Source of the DNA: Syntrophales bacterium
Lineage (GTDB): Bacteria; Desulfobacterota; Syntrophia; Syntrophales; UBA2210
Direction: 5' to 3'
DNA: 64,000 nucleotides
NCBI GenBank assembly: GCA_963662405.2
Contig: CAXXKT010000002.1
Coordinates: 6,578-70,577 of the forward strand
In this document: positions 45,179-54,975 of the stretch, one piece after another
Numbering within the stretch: the first letter of the stretch is position 1
Layout: each line of letters starts with the position of its first letter
Notes under the pieces: model-generated
Told to the model about the DNA's origin: nothing
What the model saw: only the letters and a program-made list of their open reading frames with translations
The model's database searches: none
Translations under genes and position numbers: made by a program

Positions 45179-46198
45179 ATGGAGAGCCAATACGAGAGAA
45201 TAAATAACGCCTGTCTCCTCATCTTGGCGGCGACGGCCGTCACAGTGGCATTGATCTATACGAAATCAATACTGATTCCCTTCGTTATTGCCTTCTTCAT
45301 CTACGCGATCCTCTCCCCCATCATAGAAGGATTGAACACAAAACTGAAATGGCCGCGTGCCCTGGTCATTATATTCGTCACCACGATATTCCTTATCTTC
45401 ACCGCCCTGATCGGGATATTTATCGTCAATTCCCTGAACGATTTTTTCAAGGACGCGGCGCAGTATAAAGAACGGATTGTTGAATCCGTGGCATGGGTTC
45501 GGGCCACCGCGGAGGGATTCGGCTATCGAATACAGGATATCTCGATTGAGAATGCCGTCAAAAAACTCCCTTTCTTTTCTGTGGCGGGAAACATCACTCT
45601 GGCAGCCGGTTCCTTCCTCGGGAACCTATTCCTGGTCATCGTCTTTGTCTTTTTCTTTCTCCTCGGAGAAACAGTCTCGATGACGGATGACAACCAATTG
45701 ATCTCTCAGATGAAACACAACATATCACGGTACGTCGCCACCAAGTTTCTGACCTCTCTCGTCACCGGTATATTTGTCTTTATCCTTCTCGTCTCATTCC
45801 GTGTCGAGATGGCTTTTCTTTTCGGTGTGCTGACCGTCCTCTTCAATTTCATTCCCACGATCGGCTCCATTATCGCCACGGGACTCCCCGTCCCGGTCAT
45901 TCTTCTCCAGTTCGGCTTCGGCTGGCAGTTGTGGGCCGTCCTGGCCGTCTCGATGGTGATCCAGATCGCGATCGGAAACGTGATCGAGCCCAAACTGATG
46001 GGGGAACGCATGGACCTGCACCCCATCACCGTCCTCCTCTTTCTGATGTTCTGGGGTCTCGTCTGGGGTCTGCCGGGAATGTTCCTGGCCGTTCCCATCA
46101 CCGCCGTCCTCAAGATCGTCCTGAGCCGGATAGAGACGACACAGACCCTTGCGGAACTGATGGCGGGTAGGATTGGGGAGAATAAAGCGGCGCAGTGA
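45179..46198 (+). CDS. AI-2E family transporter (PerM/UPF0118)
   Basis: Start moved to ATG 45179. Multi-TM protein with the conserved C-terminal block NFIPTIGSIIA...GLVWGLPGMFLAVPITA. Confidence 0.8.
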   Translation: MESQYERINNACLLILAATAVTVALIYTKSILIPFVIAFFIYAILSPIIEGLNTKLKWPRALVIIFVTTIFLIFTALIGIFIVNSLNDFFKDAAQYKERIVESVAWVRATAEGFGYRIQDISIENAVKKLPFFSVAGNITLAAGSFLGNLFLVIVFVFFFLLGETVSMTDDNQLISQMKHNISRYVATKFLTSLVTGIFVFILLVSFRVEMAFLFGVLTVLFNFIPTIGSIIATGLPVPVILLQFGFGWQLWAVLAVSMVIQIAIGNVIEPKLMGERMDLHPITVLLFLMFWGLVWGLPGMFLAVPITAVLKIVLSRIETTQTLAELMAGRIGENKAAQ

Positions 46199-46404
46199 AG
46201 GGAACAGGGGTCACGGATATAGGCTAAAACCGGTTAATTATCGGATATTATACGGATCATCATAAAATTCTGCAGATAGACTGTTGTATTTCTAATATTC
46301 GATTTAATACCAAAATCTTATGTCATATTGACCTTTCCCCCATAAACTATGCCATGTTCAAATTGAGTCTATCCTGATAAAAGGCATAATAGGAGGACTC
46401 AGGA

Positions 46405-46671
46405 GTGAAGCGCAAACGATTTGCAACGGAACAGATTATCAAAATTCTCAAAGAGGCTGAGCTGGGTATCAAGATTACGGAACTGTGTAGAAAGCATGGC
46501 ATATCCGAACAAACCTTTTACAACTGGCGGAACAAGTACGGCAGCATGGATATAAGCGAGGCAAAACGCCTGAAGCTCATCGAAGTTGAGAATCGCCGCC
46601 TCAAACGCCTGGTAGCCGATCTGCGCCTCGACAAGCAGGTATTAAAGGACCTCCTTGAAAAAAACTTCTAA
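46405..46671 (+). CDS. IS3-family transposase OrfA (HTH)
   Basis: 88 aa (GTG start). MKRKRFATEQIIKILKEAELGIKITELCRKHGISEQTFYNWRNKYG plus a leucine zipper. GAAAAAAAC slippery site at 46657-46665. Confidence 0.85.
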   Translation: MKRKRFATEQIIKILKEAELGIKITELCRKHGISEQTFYNWRNKYGSMDISEAKRLKLIEVENRRLKRLVADLRLDKQVLKDLLEKNF

Positions 46672-47536
46672 CGCCCACGGCGAAGAGAGGAGCGAGAGAT
46701 TATATTATCTCCCACTTTGGGTTGAGCATGAGGAAGGCCTGTAGACTGATAGGGCTCAATCGATCCACGAGCCAGTACCAACCGGTAGCGAGCAAAGAGG
46801 AGAAACTCACGACGCGAATGAAAACTCTGGCATATAAACATAAACGCTACGGAAGCCCCCGGCTGCATGTATTGTTGAAGAAAGAAGGACTCGTTGTCAA
46901 CCACAAGAGGACCGAACGAATCTACCGGCAAGAAGGATTATCACTACGGGTGCGCACAAAGAAGAAACGGGTGATGCCTGTGCGCGGTACCATGCACTGG
47001 GCATCGGGGCCACAGGATGTATGGTCCGTAGACTTCGTGTCTGATTCTCTTTCGGATGGAAGGAGATTTCGGATATTGACAATCATCGATGATTTTACCC
47101 GAGAGTCTCCCGGAATCCTGGTTGCACGATCCATCTCTTCGAGAAGAGTCACTAGCTTCATTGATCAGATTGCTTTATATCGTGGCTATCCCAACCGCAT
47201 CAGGGTGGACAACGGTCCCAGTTCGCCAGCGCCTGGTTTCATGCTTGGTCGGAGAAACAAAACATCACCGTTGAGCATACCCGTCCTGGGAAACCCTCTG
47301 ACAAGGCCTTCATTGAGAGTTTTAACGGGAAGATCAGAGATGAAAGCCTTAACGAACATTGGTTTCTTTCTATCCCTGATGCTCAGTCCAGGATTGAACA
47401 GTGGAGGAATGAGTACAACAAAGAACGACCCCATAGCTCATTGAATAACCTGACTCCCTATGAGTTTATAAAAGAACATGATATGAAAACCATTAGCAAG
47501 AAACTCAATTTACCCTTGGCCTATATAATGGGGTAA
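46659..47536 (+). pseudogene. IS3-family transposase OrfB (DDE integrase core) with an inactivating 1-nt deletion near 47217-47221
   Basis: The -1 frame relative to orfA gives ...RKACRLIGLNRSTSQY...WSVDFVSD...IRVDNGP. The expected continuation (E)FASAWFHAWSEKQNITVEHTRPGKPSDKAFIESFNGKIRDE...RPHSSLNNLTPYEF lies in the +1 frame, ending at 47536. Confidence 0.8.
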
Positions 47537-47689
47537 GGTCAATATCTATGAAGTCTTATCGAGGTGTTTTATACGGCAAATCCGCCGGGTTAAGGTTTTT
47601 ATCAGGATCCAGATAAACATTGTTATGTGCTTTTGATATCGGTTGATGGTTTAAAAAATTTGTAACTTATTGTTGCCAAGGATTCTATT

Positions 47690-48418
47690 GTGAACAGGTC
47701 TGATCTAAAAGTAGTTAATATTCCAACCATTTTATGGGGAGATAAATCAGAAAAGATATTTGTTGCCATACACGGGAATATGTCCAATAAGGCTGATGAC
47801 GTAATAATTGTCTTTGCAGAAGAAGCGGTTAAAGCAGGATATCAAGTTTTGAGCTTTGATTTACCGAAACATGGAGATCGTAAAAGTGAAACGACACTCT
47901 GCAAGGTTCAAAATTGCGTGGAAGATCTTAATACAATAATGAAATACTCAAAATCTCTATCAAATAATGTGAGTGTATTTGGATGCAGCATAGGAGCATA
48001 CTTCAGCCTTTTGGCATATATGCATGAGAAATTGCGGCAAGCAATGTTCCTGTCTCCAGTGGTTAATATGGAGTCTGTTATAATCAACATGATGAAATGG
48101 TTTGATATTACAGAAGAAAAACTTATGAAAGAAAAAGAGATAGTAACACCCATAGGTGAAGTACTTTATTGGGATTATTATTCATATGTGAAAAAACATC
48201 CCATTGCTGAATGGAAAATTCCTACATCGATCTTGTATGGTTCTGAAGATAATTTGACAGATTTTATTACTATTTCTTCATTTTCAAATCAGTTTAAATC
48301 CGATCTGGAAGTTTTAGAAAATGGAGAACATTACTTTCACACAGAGGAACAGTTATCGTCTTTTAGGCGATGGGTAAATGATAAATTAATGGTTAGAGAA
48401 TCTACATATCACACATAA
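47690..48418 (+). CDS. alpha/beta-fold hydrolase
   Basis: 242 aa (GTG start). Nucleophile elbow GCSIGAY, IFVAIHGN, and late D/H positions (GSEDN, GEHYFH). It sits in a markedly AT-rich segment just right of the IS3 copy. Confidence 0.7.
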   Translation: MNRSDLKVVNIPTILWGDKSEKIFVAIHGNMSNKADDVIIVFAEEAVKAGYQVLSFDLPKHGDRKSETTLCKVQNCVEDLNTIMKYSKSLSNNVSVFGCSIGAYFSLLAYMHEKLRQAMFLSPVVNMESVIINMMKWFDITEEKLMKEKEIVTPIGEVLYWDYYSYVKKHPIAEWKIPTSILYGSEDNLTDFITISSFSNQFKSDLEVLENGEHYFHTEEQLSSFRRWVNDKLMVRESTYHT

Positions 48419-48423
48419 CAAAT

Positions 48424-48497
48424 GCATAAACTCGGACCTTTCTCGCGCCGTTTCGTTCGCTTCGCTCTCTACTCTCTGCGAAAAAGGCCGGTTATGC
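48424..48497. other. 74-nt imperfect hairpin with bulged bases immediately 3' of the hydrolase gene
   Basis: GCATAAACTCGGACCTTTCTCGCG ... CTGCGAAAAAGGCCGGTTATGC. The arms pair with single-base bulges on the 5' arm, the loop is ~28 nt, and there is no U-tract. Confidence 0.5.
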
Positions 48498-48747
48498 TGG
48501 TGTTCAGCGGACGCTGCCCTAAGCTGCTTCGGTCGGCGCGTAGCGCCTCCCGAACCAGCGGATGGACTTGTCCCCCTTGAGGCAGGTCATCCGACGCATG
48601 TTCTTCTCTAAAACAGACAGATCGCATAAACACGCAATTGATTTTTCTCTAATCAATCAAATCTTTGCCCCGAATATCATTGACAAATTAAGCCGGAAGT
48701 GGTTTTAATCCCTGAGATAAATCTTTTCCTGTCTCCATAAAGCAAAG

Positions 48748-51198
48748 GTGCGCGTGATGGAAGCTGTCCTGAAGGTCCTGAACAAGATTGAAAACCCGCT
48801 GATCTTTCTGTCGAGGGATTCGTACAAGAACCTCCCGATCGTCAGGGATCTTGAACGGACGATGTCGGGTTTCATCAGCGAGTTGATGATGGCTTTTTCG
48901 GAGAACGCGATTTCGAATTCTGAAAAAACGATTATCGAACTCCAAAAGGTCTTCAAGGGCTTCGATGTGCTTCCTGTGCCGGACCGCAAGCGGCGGATCG
49001 ACGCGGCCCTCGTCTATATACGGGAGCTGAAAAACCTCTGCGCCGAACCGGCCCAGCCATCTCCCTCCGTAATGGCTCTTCACGACCCGGAGGACCGGGC
49101 CGCCTGTTTTAAGAAGCTGGCGCTCGATGTCCAGTACCTCAAGGGGGTCGGCCCGAAGGTCTCTGCGCTCCTCGGCCGTAAGGGGCTGAAGAACGTTGAA
49201 GATATGCTTTACTTTCTCCCCAGAAGATATGAAGATAGAAGGCATATTCAGACGATATCAGCCGTCGCCGTCGGCGTGCGCGAGACGGTGGTGGGGAGGG
49301 TAACGGATGTGGGCGTCAAACGTTACCGAACCCGGCGCGTTCTCGAGGTGACGATGGGAGACACAACCGGTCTCCTCACCGCAAAGTGGTTCCAGGGGAA
49401 CTTTTCCTACCTCGCCAAACGGTTCAAGGCGGGGCAACAGGTCATCCTGACGGGGGAGGTGAAGGTCTTTCTCCACGGAAAGGAGATGCTCCACCCCGAC
49501 TACGAGATACTGGACGATACCGATGACGAGATGATCCACTTCAAACGGATTGTCCCCGTCTACTCCGAGACGGAAGGACTGCACCAGAAATCTATCAGGC
49601 GGATCATGATGCGGGTCGTCCAGGACTATGCGCTCTGTATTTCCAGCCCGATCCCGGAAGAGATCTGCCGAAGGAATCGCCTCGTCGACATCGGGCACGC
49701 GATCCGGAATGTCCATTTCCCCGACCACGATCAGGATATTGATGCCCTCAATGATCTTTCTTCGCCGGCCCGTCGTCGTCTTGTCTTCGACGAGTTCTTC
49801 TTCTTTGAGTTGGGAATGGCCCTCAAACGGACGGGGCAGGTCTTCGAACAGGGGATCTCCTTTCCAACGGGGGGATCGCTGGTACAGAAATTTCACGATA
49901 TCCTTTCCTTCGAGATGACCGGGGCGCAAAAGCGGGTTGTCGGGGAGATCGAGGCGGATATGGCACGCCCGCACCCGATGCACCGGCTCCTTCAGGGAGA
50001 TGTGGGAAGCGGGAAGACGGTTGTTTCCATGGCCGCGATGGTGACCGCCTGCGAGGCGGGGTATCAGACGGCCATCATGGCCCCGACGGAAATCCTGACT
50101 GCCCAGCATTTCAAGAATATCAGCCGGTGGTCACAGGAACTGGGTATTGGAGTGGTCCTTCTCACCGGTAATATGAAAGCGGCCGAACGCAAGGAAGCCC
50201 TGACGAGGATCGAATCGGGAGAGATCAGCATTGTCGTGGGGACCCATGCGATAATCCAAGAAGGGGTTGCCTTTAATCGGCTTGGCCTCGTCGTAATCGA
50301 CGAACAGCACCGTTTCGGTGTTATCCAGCGGGCCGCCCTCCGGGGGAAGGGAATCAATCCCGACGTGCTCGTCATGACGGCAACACCGATACCGCGGACC
50401 CTCGCCATGACGGTGTACGGTGATCTCGATCTTTCCGTAATCGACGAGATGCCCCCCGGCAAGAAGCCCATCAAGACAAAAGTCTTTTATGAAAAGAGCC
50501 GAGAACAAGTCTACGAGATCATCCGTAAGGAGGTGAAGAAGGGGAATCAGGCCTTCATCGTCTACCCCCTCGTGGAGGAATCGGAGGCCCTTGACCTGAA
50601 GGACGCGACGAGCATGGCCGCACATCTTCAGAAGGATATCTTCCCCGAACTGCGCGTGGGACTGGTACACGGGAGGATGAAAGGAACAGAGAAAGACGCG
50701 ATCATGGCCGATTTCAAGGAACGCGCCCTGGATATCCTGGTCTCCACGACCGTGATCGAGGTGGGGATCGATATCCCGACGGCTTCGCTGATGGTCGTAG
50801 AGCACGCGGAACGGTTCGGCCTATCGCAGCTGCACCAGCTCAGGGGAAGGGTGGGGCGGAGTGATCTGCGTTCCTATTGCATCCTGGTCGCCCAGCACCG
50901 CGGAAGCGCGGACGCACGAAAACGGCTCCGCGTGATGGAAGAGACGAACGACGGCTTTCGAATCGCGGAGGAGGATCTCCTGATCCGCGGCCCCGGCGAA
51001 TTCATGGGGACCAGGCAGTCCGGGCTCCCGGATTTCAGGGTCGCGAGCATCTTGAGGGATGCCACAACGCTCAACGAGGCGCGCCAGGAGGCCTTTCTTC
51101 TGGTGGAGAGGGATCGGGGCCTCGAAAGGCATCAAGACCTCAAAGAGACGCTTCTGAGGCGCTGGGAGCACCGTCTCGAAATCGCCAAGACGGGATAA
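48748..51198 (+). CDS. recG: ATP-dependent DNA helicase RecG
   Basis: 816 aa: wedge domain plus SF2 helicase motifs (GDVGSGKTVV, DEQHRFGV, MTATPIPRT, QLHQLRGRVGR). GTG 48748 or ATG 48757 may be the start. Confidence 0.95.
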   Translation: MRVMEAVLKVLNKIENPLIFLSRDSYKNLPIVRDLERTMSGFISELMMAFSENAISNSEKTIIELQKVFKGFDVLPVPDRKRRIDAALVYIRELKNLCAEPAQPSPSVMALHDPEDRAACFKKLALDVQYLKGVGPKVSALLGRKGLKNVEDMLYFLPRRYEDRRHIQTISAVAVGVRETVVGRVTDVGVKRYRTRRVLEVTMGDTTGLLTAKWFQGNFSYLAKRFKAGQQVILTGEVKVFLHGKEMLHPDYEILDDTDDEMIHFKRIVPVYSETEGLHQKSIRRIMMRVVQDYALCISSPIPEEICRRNRLVDIGHAIRNVHFPDHDQDIDALNDLSSPARRRLVFDEFFFFELGMALKRTGQVFEQGISFPTGGSLVQKFHDILSFEMTGAQKRVVGEIEADMARPHPMHRLLQGDVGSGKTVVSMAAMVTACEAGYQTAIMAPTEILTAQHFKNISRWSQELGIGVVLLTGNMKAAERKEALTRIESGEISIVVGTHAIIQEGVAFNRLGLVVIDEQHRFGVIQRAALRGKGINPDVLVMTATPIPRTLAMTVYGDLDLSVIDEMPPGKKPIKTKVFYEKSREQVYEIIRKEVKKGNQAFIVYPLVEESEALDLKDATSMAAHLQKDIFPELRVGLVHGRMKGTEKDAIMADFKERALDILVSTTVIEVGIDIPTASLMVVEHAERFGLSQLHQLRGRVGRSDLRSYCILVAQHRGSADARKRLRVMEETNDGFRIAEEDLLIRGPGEFMGTRQSGLPDFRVASILRDATTLNEARQEAFLLVERDRGLERHQDLKETLLRRWEHRLEIAKTG

Positions 51199-51288
51199 AT
51201 CCTGAACTTTAACCTTGAAACTTTTCCCCAACTGTTATAGCAGTCTGCTATCAGAAGCTAATGTCAGCAGACGGAAGGGATTATCGGC

Positions 51289-52620
51289 GTGGGCAAGGAT
51301 ATATCGATTGGTTTGATCGGGTTCGGTACCATCGGTACCGGCGTTGTGAAGTTACTGCAGGAAAACAGCGAACTCATACGAAAACGTCTGGGTGCTCGGC
51401 TGGTTATCAAGAAGATTGCCGATATCGATATCACAACGCCGCGGCCGGTCACGGTTGATCGTAAGATTCTCACGACGGACGTGCGTGAGGTCTTGGAAGA
51501 TCCGGAGATTTCCATTGTCGTCGAGTTGGTGGGAGGTTACACCTATGCAAAGAAAATTGTCCTGGATGCGATTCGGGGGGGGAAACACCTCGTTACCGCC
51601 AACAAGGCGCTCATTGCCACCTTTGGGAATGAGGTGTTCGAGGCGGCCGACAGCGAAAAGGTAAATATCGGGTTCGAGGCGAGCGTCGGGGGGACGATTC
51701 CGATCATCAAGACACTGAAGGAGAGCTTGGCGGGAAACAACGTTGATTCTATCTTCGGGATTATGAACGGGACCTGCAACTATATCCTGACGAGGATGAC
51801 CCGTGAGGGAGGAGATTTCGCTTCGGTTCTCAAAGAGGCGCAGGCCCTCGGATTTGCCGAGGCCGACCCGACCTACGATATCGAAGGTATCGACACCGCT
51901 CACAAGCTCGCGATCTGTTTGTCTCTCTCCTATGGCAAGCGCGTGGTGCTGGATGATATCTACCGTGAGGGGATCGCGCAGACAAGTCCCCTGGACATCG
52001 AATTTGCCGGTGATCTGGGGTATACCATTAAACTGCTCGCCATCGCGATTCGACGCGGGGAGGTCATAGAGGCACGGATACACCCGACTATGATCCCCTT
52101 CGACCACATCCTGGCCAGTGTGAATGGAAACTTCAACGCCTTCCATTTGATGGGAGATGCCTCCGATTCGGTTTTCCTGTATGGCCAGGGGGCGGGGATG
52201 ATGCCGACGGCGAGTGCCGTGGTGGGTGATCTGATCGATATAGCGCGGGACATCACGGCCGGGATCTGGAGGAGGGTCCCCCTGCGTTCCTACAAAAAAG
52301 AGCAGATCAATGATATCCAGCTTCTTCCGATGGATGATGTTCTTACGAACTACTACTTCAGATTCTCGGCGGTTGACCGTCCCGGCGTTCTCTCCAAGAT
52401 AGCCGGTATCCTGGGAAAACACGATATCAGTTTATCCTCGGTGATTCAGAAGGAAAACAAGCTCGAGGCGGAGGATAGAGGAGTACCCATTGTCGTCACG
52501 ACCTATAAGGCACGGGAGAGAAACGTCCGTACGGCGTTGGAAGAAATCGACAACACGCTTGAGGATGTCGTCTTCGGTAAGACGACGTGGATCAGGATAG
52601 AGGACCAAGCGCTGAGATGA
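51289..52620 (+). CDS. hom: homoserine dehydrogenase
   Basis: 443 aa (GTG start) with NAD fold IGLIGFGTIGTGV, catalytic domain and a C-terminal ACT domain. Confidence 0.9.
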   Translation: MGKDISIGLIGFGTIGTGVVKLLQENSELIRKRLGARLVIKKIADIDITTPRPVTVDRKILTTDVREVLEDPEISIVVELVGGYTYAKKIVLDAIRGGKHLVTANKALIATFGNEVFEAADSEKVNIGFEASVGGTIPIIKTLKESLAGNNVDSIFGIMNGTCNYILTRMTREGGDFASVLKEAQALGFAEADPTYDIEGIDTAHKLAICLSLSYGKRVVLDDIYREGIAQTSPLDIEFAGDLGYTIKLLAIAIRRGEVIEARIHPTMIPFDHILASVNGNFNAFHLMGDASDSVFLYGQGAGMMPTASAVVGDLIDIARDITAGIWRRVPLRSYKKEQINDIQLLPMDDVLTNYYFRFSAVDRPGVLSKIAGILGKHDISLSSVIQKENKLEAEDRGVPIVVTTYKARERNVRTALEEIDNTLEDVVFGKTTWIRIEDQALR

Positions 52621-53843
52621 AATATTTGATTCTACTGGGCGATGGGATGGCTGACTGGCCGCTTCCCGAATTGCAGGGGAAAACTCCCCTGCAGGCGGCC
52701 CACACTCCCAATATGGACCGGATAGCAGCCGAAGGGACGCTGGGGCTGATCGACACGATTCCCCCCGGATTCACCCCCGGGAGTGACGTGGCGAATCTTT
52801 CCGTTTTGGGATACGATCCGAAAGTATATCATACCGGGCGCGGCCCCCTCGAGGCGGTGAGCACGGGGATTACCTTGGCCTCTGACGATGTCGCATTCCG
52901 CTGCAATCTTGTAACATTCGGCACTAAAGAGGAACTCGTCATGGAGGACTTTACTGCCGGCCATATATCGTCCGAGGAGGCCGGGTGGATCGTAGAGAAT
53001 CTCGATGCCGAACTTAGGTCTCATGATATCCGGTTTTATCCCGGTGTCGGGTATCGTCACCTGATGATATACCGAGGCGGTCCCACGACACTGGAGACGA
53101 CCCCCCCTCATGACATCACCGACCAACCGATCGCCGGCCACCTGCCGAAGGGAGAGGGTTCTTATGAGATCAGGCGGCTCATGGAACGCTCGCGCACTAT
53201 ATTGCAGGATCATCCCGTGAACCTTCAGCGCGCAGCGCAAGGCAAAAGAACAGCCGATTCCATTTGGTTATGGGGTGAGGGGAGGGCGCCCGCAATGAAC
53301 CCCCTCACCACCCGCTACGGGATTAAAGGGGGGATCATTTCGGCCGTCGATCTTCTGAGGGGGATCGGGATCTGCGCCGGGCTTGAGGTTCTCCATGTCG
53401 AGGGCGCGACCGGCTACATCGACACTAATTATCGGGGAAAAGCGGAGAAAGCGCTTGAATTCCTGAGGGGTGCTGATTTCGTTTTTCTCCATGTCGAGGC
53501 CCCCGACGAGATGGGGCATGAGGGGAACATAGAGGGGAAAATCAAGGCCATCGAGGATTTTGACCGTGAGGTTGTCGGAAGGATTTTGACCGGGCTCCCC
53601 TCGCTCGGGGATTTCAGGGTGCTTGTCCTGAGTGACCACCCCACCCCGATAGAGCTGAAAACCCATTCGTCGGACCCCAGCCCTTTCGCTGTTCTCTCCT
53701 CCGTCGATGAGGAAAATATCGGGGAGGGAAAAGCGTACGGCGAGATATCCGCCGATGATGCCGGGATATTCATTTCTCCCGGCTATTTGCTGATGGATCG
53801 CTTTATGAAGGATTGGAGAGGATTCATTGGAAAAAAAGGGTGA
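52617..53843 (+). CDS. cofactor-independent phosphoglycerate mutase-like protein (ApgM family; possible alternative homoserine kinase)
   Basis: Start at ATG 52617, an ATGA overlap with the hom stop. MKYLILLGDGMADWPL...TPNMD...HVEAPDEMGHEG...LSDHPTP are metalloenzyme-superfamily ApgM motifs. Confidence 0.8.
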   Translation: MKYLILLGDGMADWPLPELQGKTPLQAAHTPNMDRIAAEGTLGLIDTIPPGFTPGSDVANLSVLGYDPKVYHTGRGPLEAVSTGITLASDDVAFRCNLVTFGTKEELVMEDFTAGHISSEEAGWIVENLDAELRSHDIRFYPGVGYRHLMIYRGGPTTLETTPPHDITDQPIAGHLPKGEGSYEIRRLMERSRTILQDHPVNLQRAAQGKRTADSIWLWGEGRAPAMNPLTTRYGIKGGIISAVDLLRGIGICAGLEVLHVEGATGYIDTNYRGKAEKALEFLRGADFVFLHVEAPDEMGHEGNIEGKIKAIEDFDREVVGRILTGLPSLGDFRVLVLSDHPTPIELKTHSSDPSPFAVLSSVDEENIGEGKAYGEISADDAGIFISPGYLLMDRFMKDWRGFIGKKG

Positions 53844-54234
53844 GTGCCGGATCAGGGTCATTTACGGCGACACGGATGCGATGGGTATTGTTTACTATGC
53901 AAATTATCTGAAATGGTTTGAGATAGGCCGCAATGAGTTGATGCGTGACATGGGCATTGCCTACGCCGATCTTGAGCAATCCGGTTATAGCATGCCGGTA
54001 ATCGAGCTGGGGTGCGAGTATCTTTCCCCCGCGCGGTATGATGATGTCTTGATGATTGAAACGATGATGACCAATCTCAGACGGGCAAGCGTTCGATTCG
54101 ATTATGTGATATATAGTGAAGGGAAAGAGCGAATCCTTGCCGAGGGTTTTACCCGCCATCCCTTTATAAACAGTAAGGGAAAGATCGTGAGGGTCCCGAA
54201 GCATATAGCGGACATAATAAACGGAGAAGAATAG
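53827..54234 (+). CDS. ybgC: acyl-CoA thioesterase (YbgC/4HBT family)
   Basis: 135 aa (TTG start per the track). RVIYGDTDAMGIVYYANYLKWFEIGRNELMRDMG is the hotdog-fold YbgC signature. Confidence 0.8.
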   Translation: MEKKGECRIRVIYGDTDAMGIVYYANYLKWFEIGRNELMRDMGIAYADLEQSGYSMPVIELGCEYLSPARYDDVLMIETMMTNLRRASVRFDYVIYSEGKERILAEGFTRHPFINSKGKIVRVPKHIADIINGEE

Positions 54235-54246
54235 AGGAGGCCTTGA

Positions 54247-54951
54247 ATGGCGGATAAGCTGACGAAAAAGGAACTAGAACAACCGGATGAGTTTCACACC
54301 ATGGGGTGGCGTGCCCTCCAGTATCTATCCGAACACCGGGATAGGTTTTACCTGGGTGGGGCGATTATTCTGTTACTCATCATTGCCGTTGGGGGATGGT
54401 ACTTTTACCGTGTGAATTATGAGGAGAAGGCACAGAACCTGTATTCGGCTGCGTACGCAACCTACGCGGTGAGCGATCAGTCCCCGGAGACAATGAGGGG
54501 TCTCTACCTCAAGGCCATCGGGATGTACAACAAACTTCTGGAAACGCATCCGAGCAGCCATGCAGCGAAATTGTGTTACTATACTCTGGGCAATCTTTAT
54601 TTTAAGGTCGACAACATAGAAAAATCCATTGAATCCTACGACATCTTTCTCAAACGGTTCAAAAACGATGATATGCTGATTGCCCTGACCTATCAGGGAT
54701 TGGGGTACTGCTATGAAGACGAGAAAGACTACGACAATGCGTTGCGAAACTTTCAAGCGTCAACTGACCGACTCAAGGGAACCCAAATCGAGTATATGAA
54801 TTATGTCAGTATCGCGCGAGTATACGAGAAGATGGGGAATAATGGGAAATCACTTGAATACTACCGGAGCGCCGCAGGTAAAACGAACAATCCGGTCATG
54901 GAGATGCTGATCACAAATAGGATCGCATCATTAACTTCTAAAAGCAGTTAA
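54247..54951 (+). CDS. membrane-anchored TPR protein (YfgM/YbgF-like)
   Basis: 234 aa with an N-terminal TM helix followed by TPR-like repeats. Confidence 0.6.
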   Translation: MADKLTKKELEQPDEFHTMGWRALQYLSEHRDRFYLGGAIILLLIIAVGGWYFYRVNYEEKAQNLYSAAYATYAVSDQSPETMRGLYLKAIGMYNKLLETHPSSHAAKLCYYTLGNLYFKVDNIEKSIESYDIFLKRFKNDDMLIALTYQGLGYCYEDEKDYDNALRNFQASTDRLKGTQIEYMNYVSIARVYEKMGNNGKSLEYYRSAAGKTNNPVMEMLITNRIASLTSKSS

Positions 54952-54975
54952 ATAACATAATGTTAGAAGGGTTAC

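Larger units (their letters stand above)
46321..47550 (+). mobile_element. IS3-family insertion sequence, decayed copy
   Basis: Terminal inverted repeats: (TGTC)ATATTGACCTTTCCCCCATAAA at the left versus the reverse complement of TATAATGGGGTAAGGTCAATATCTA at the right. orfA/orfB have an A7 slippery run. An extra frameshift lies in orfB. Confidence 0.75.

Noticed and set aside
48500-48620. A GC-rich patch with short palindromes (GGCGCGTAGCGCC) upstream of recG as a possible ncRNA or gene fragment (minus-strand MRRMTCLKGDKSIRWFGRRYAPTEAA)
   Set aside because: I could not fold it into a convincing conserved structure or recognise the peptide. Without comparative data it is not supportable as a feature.
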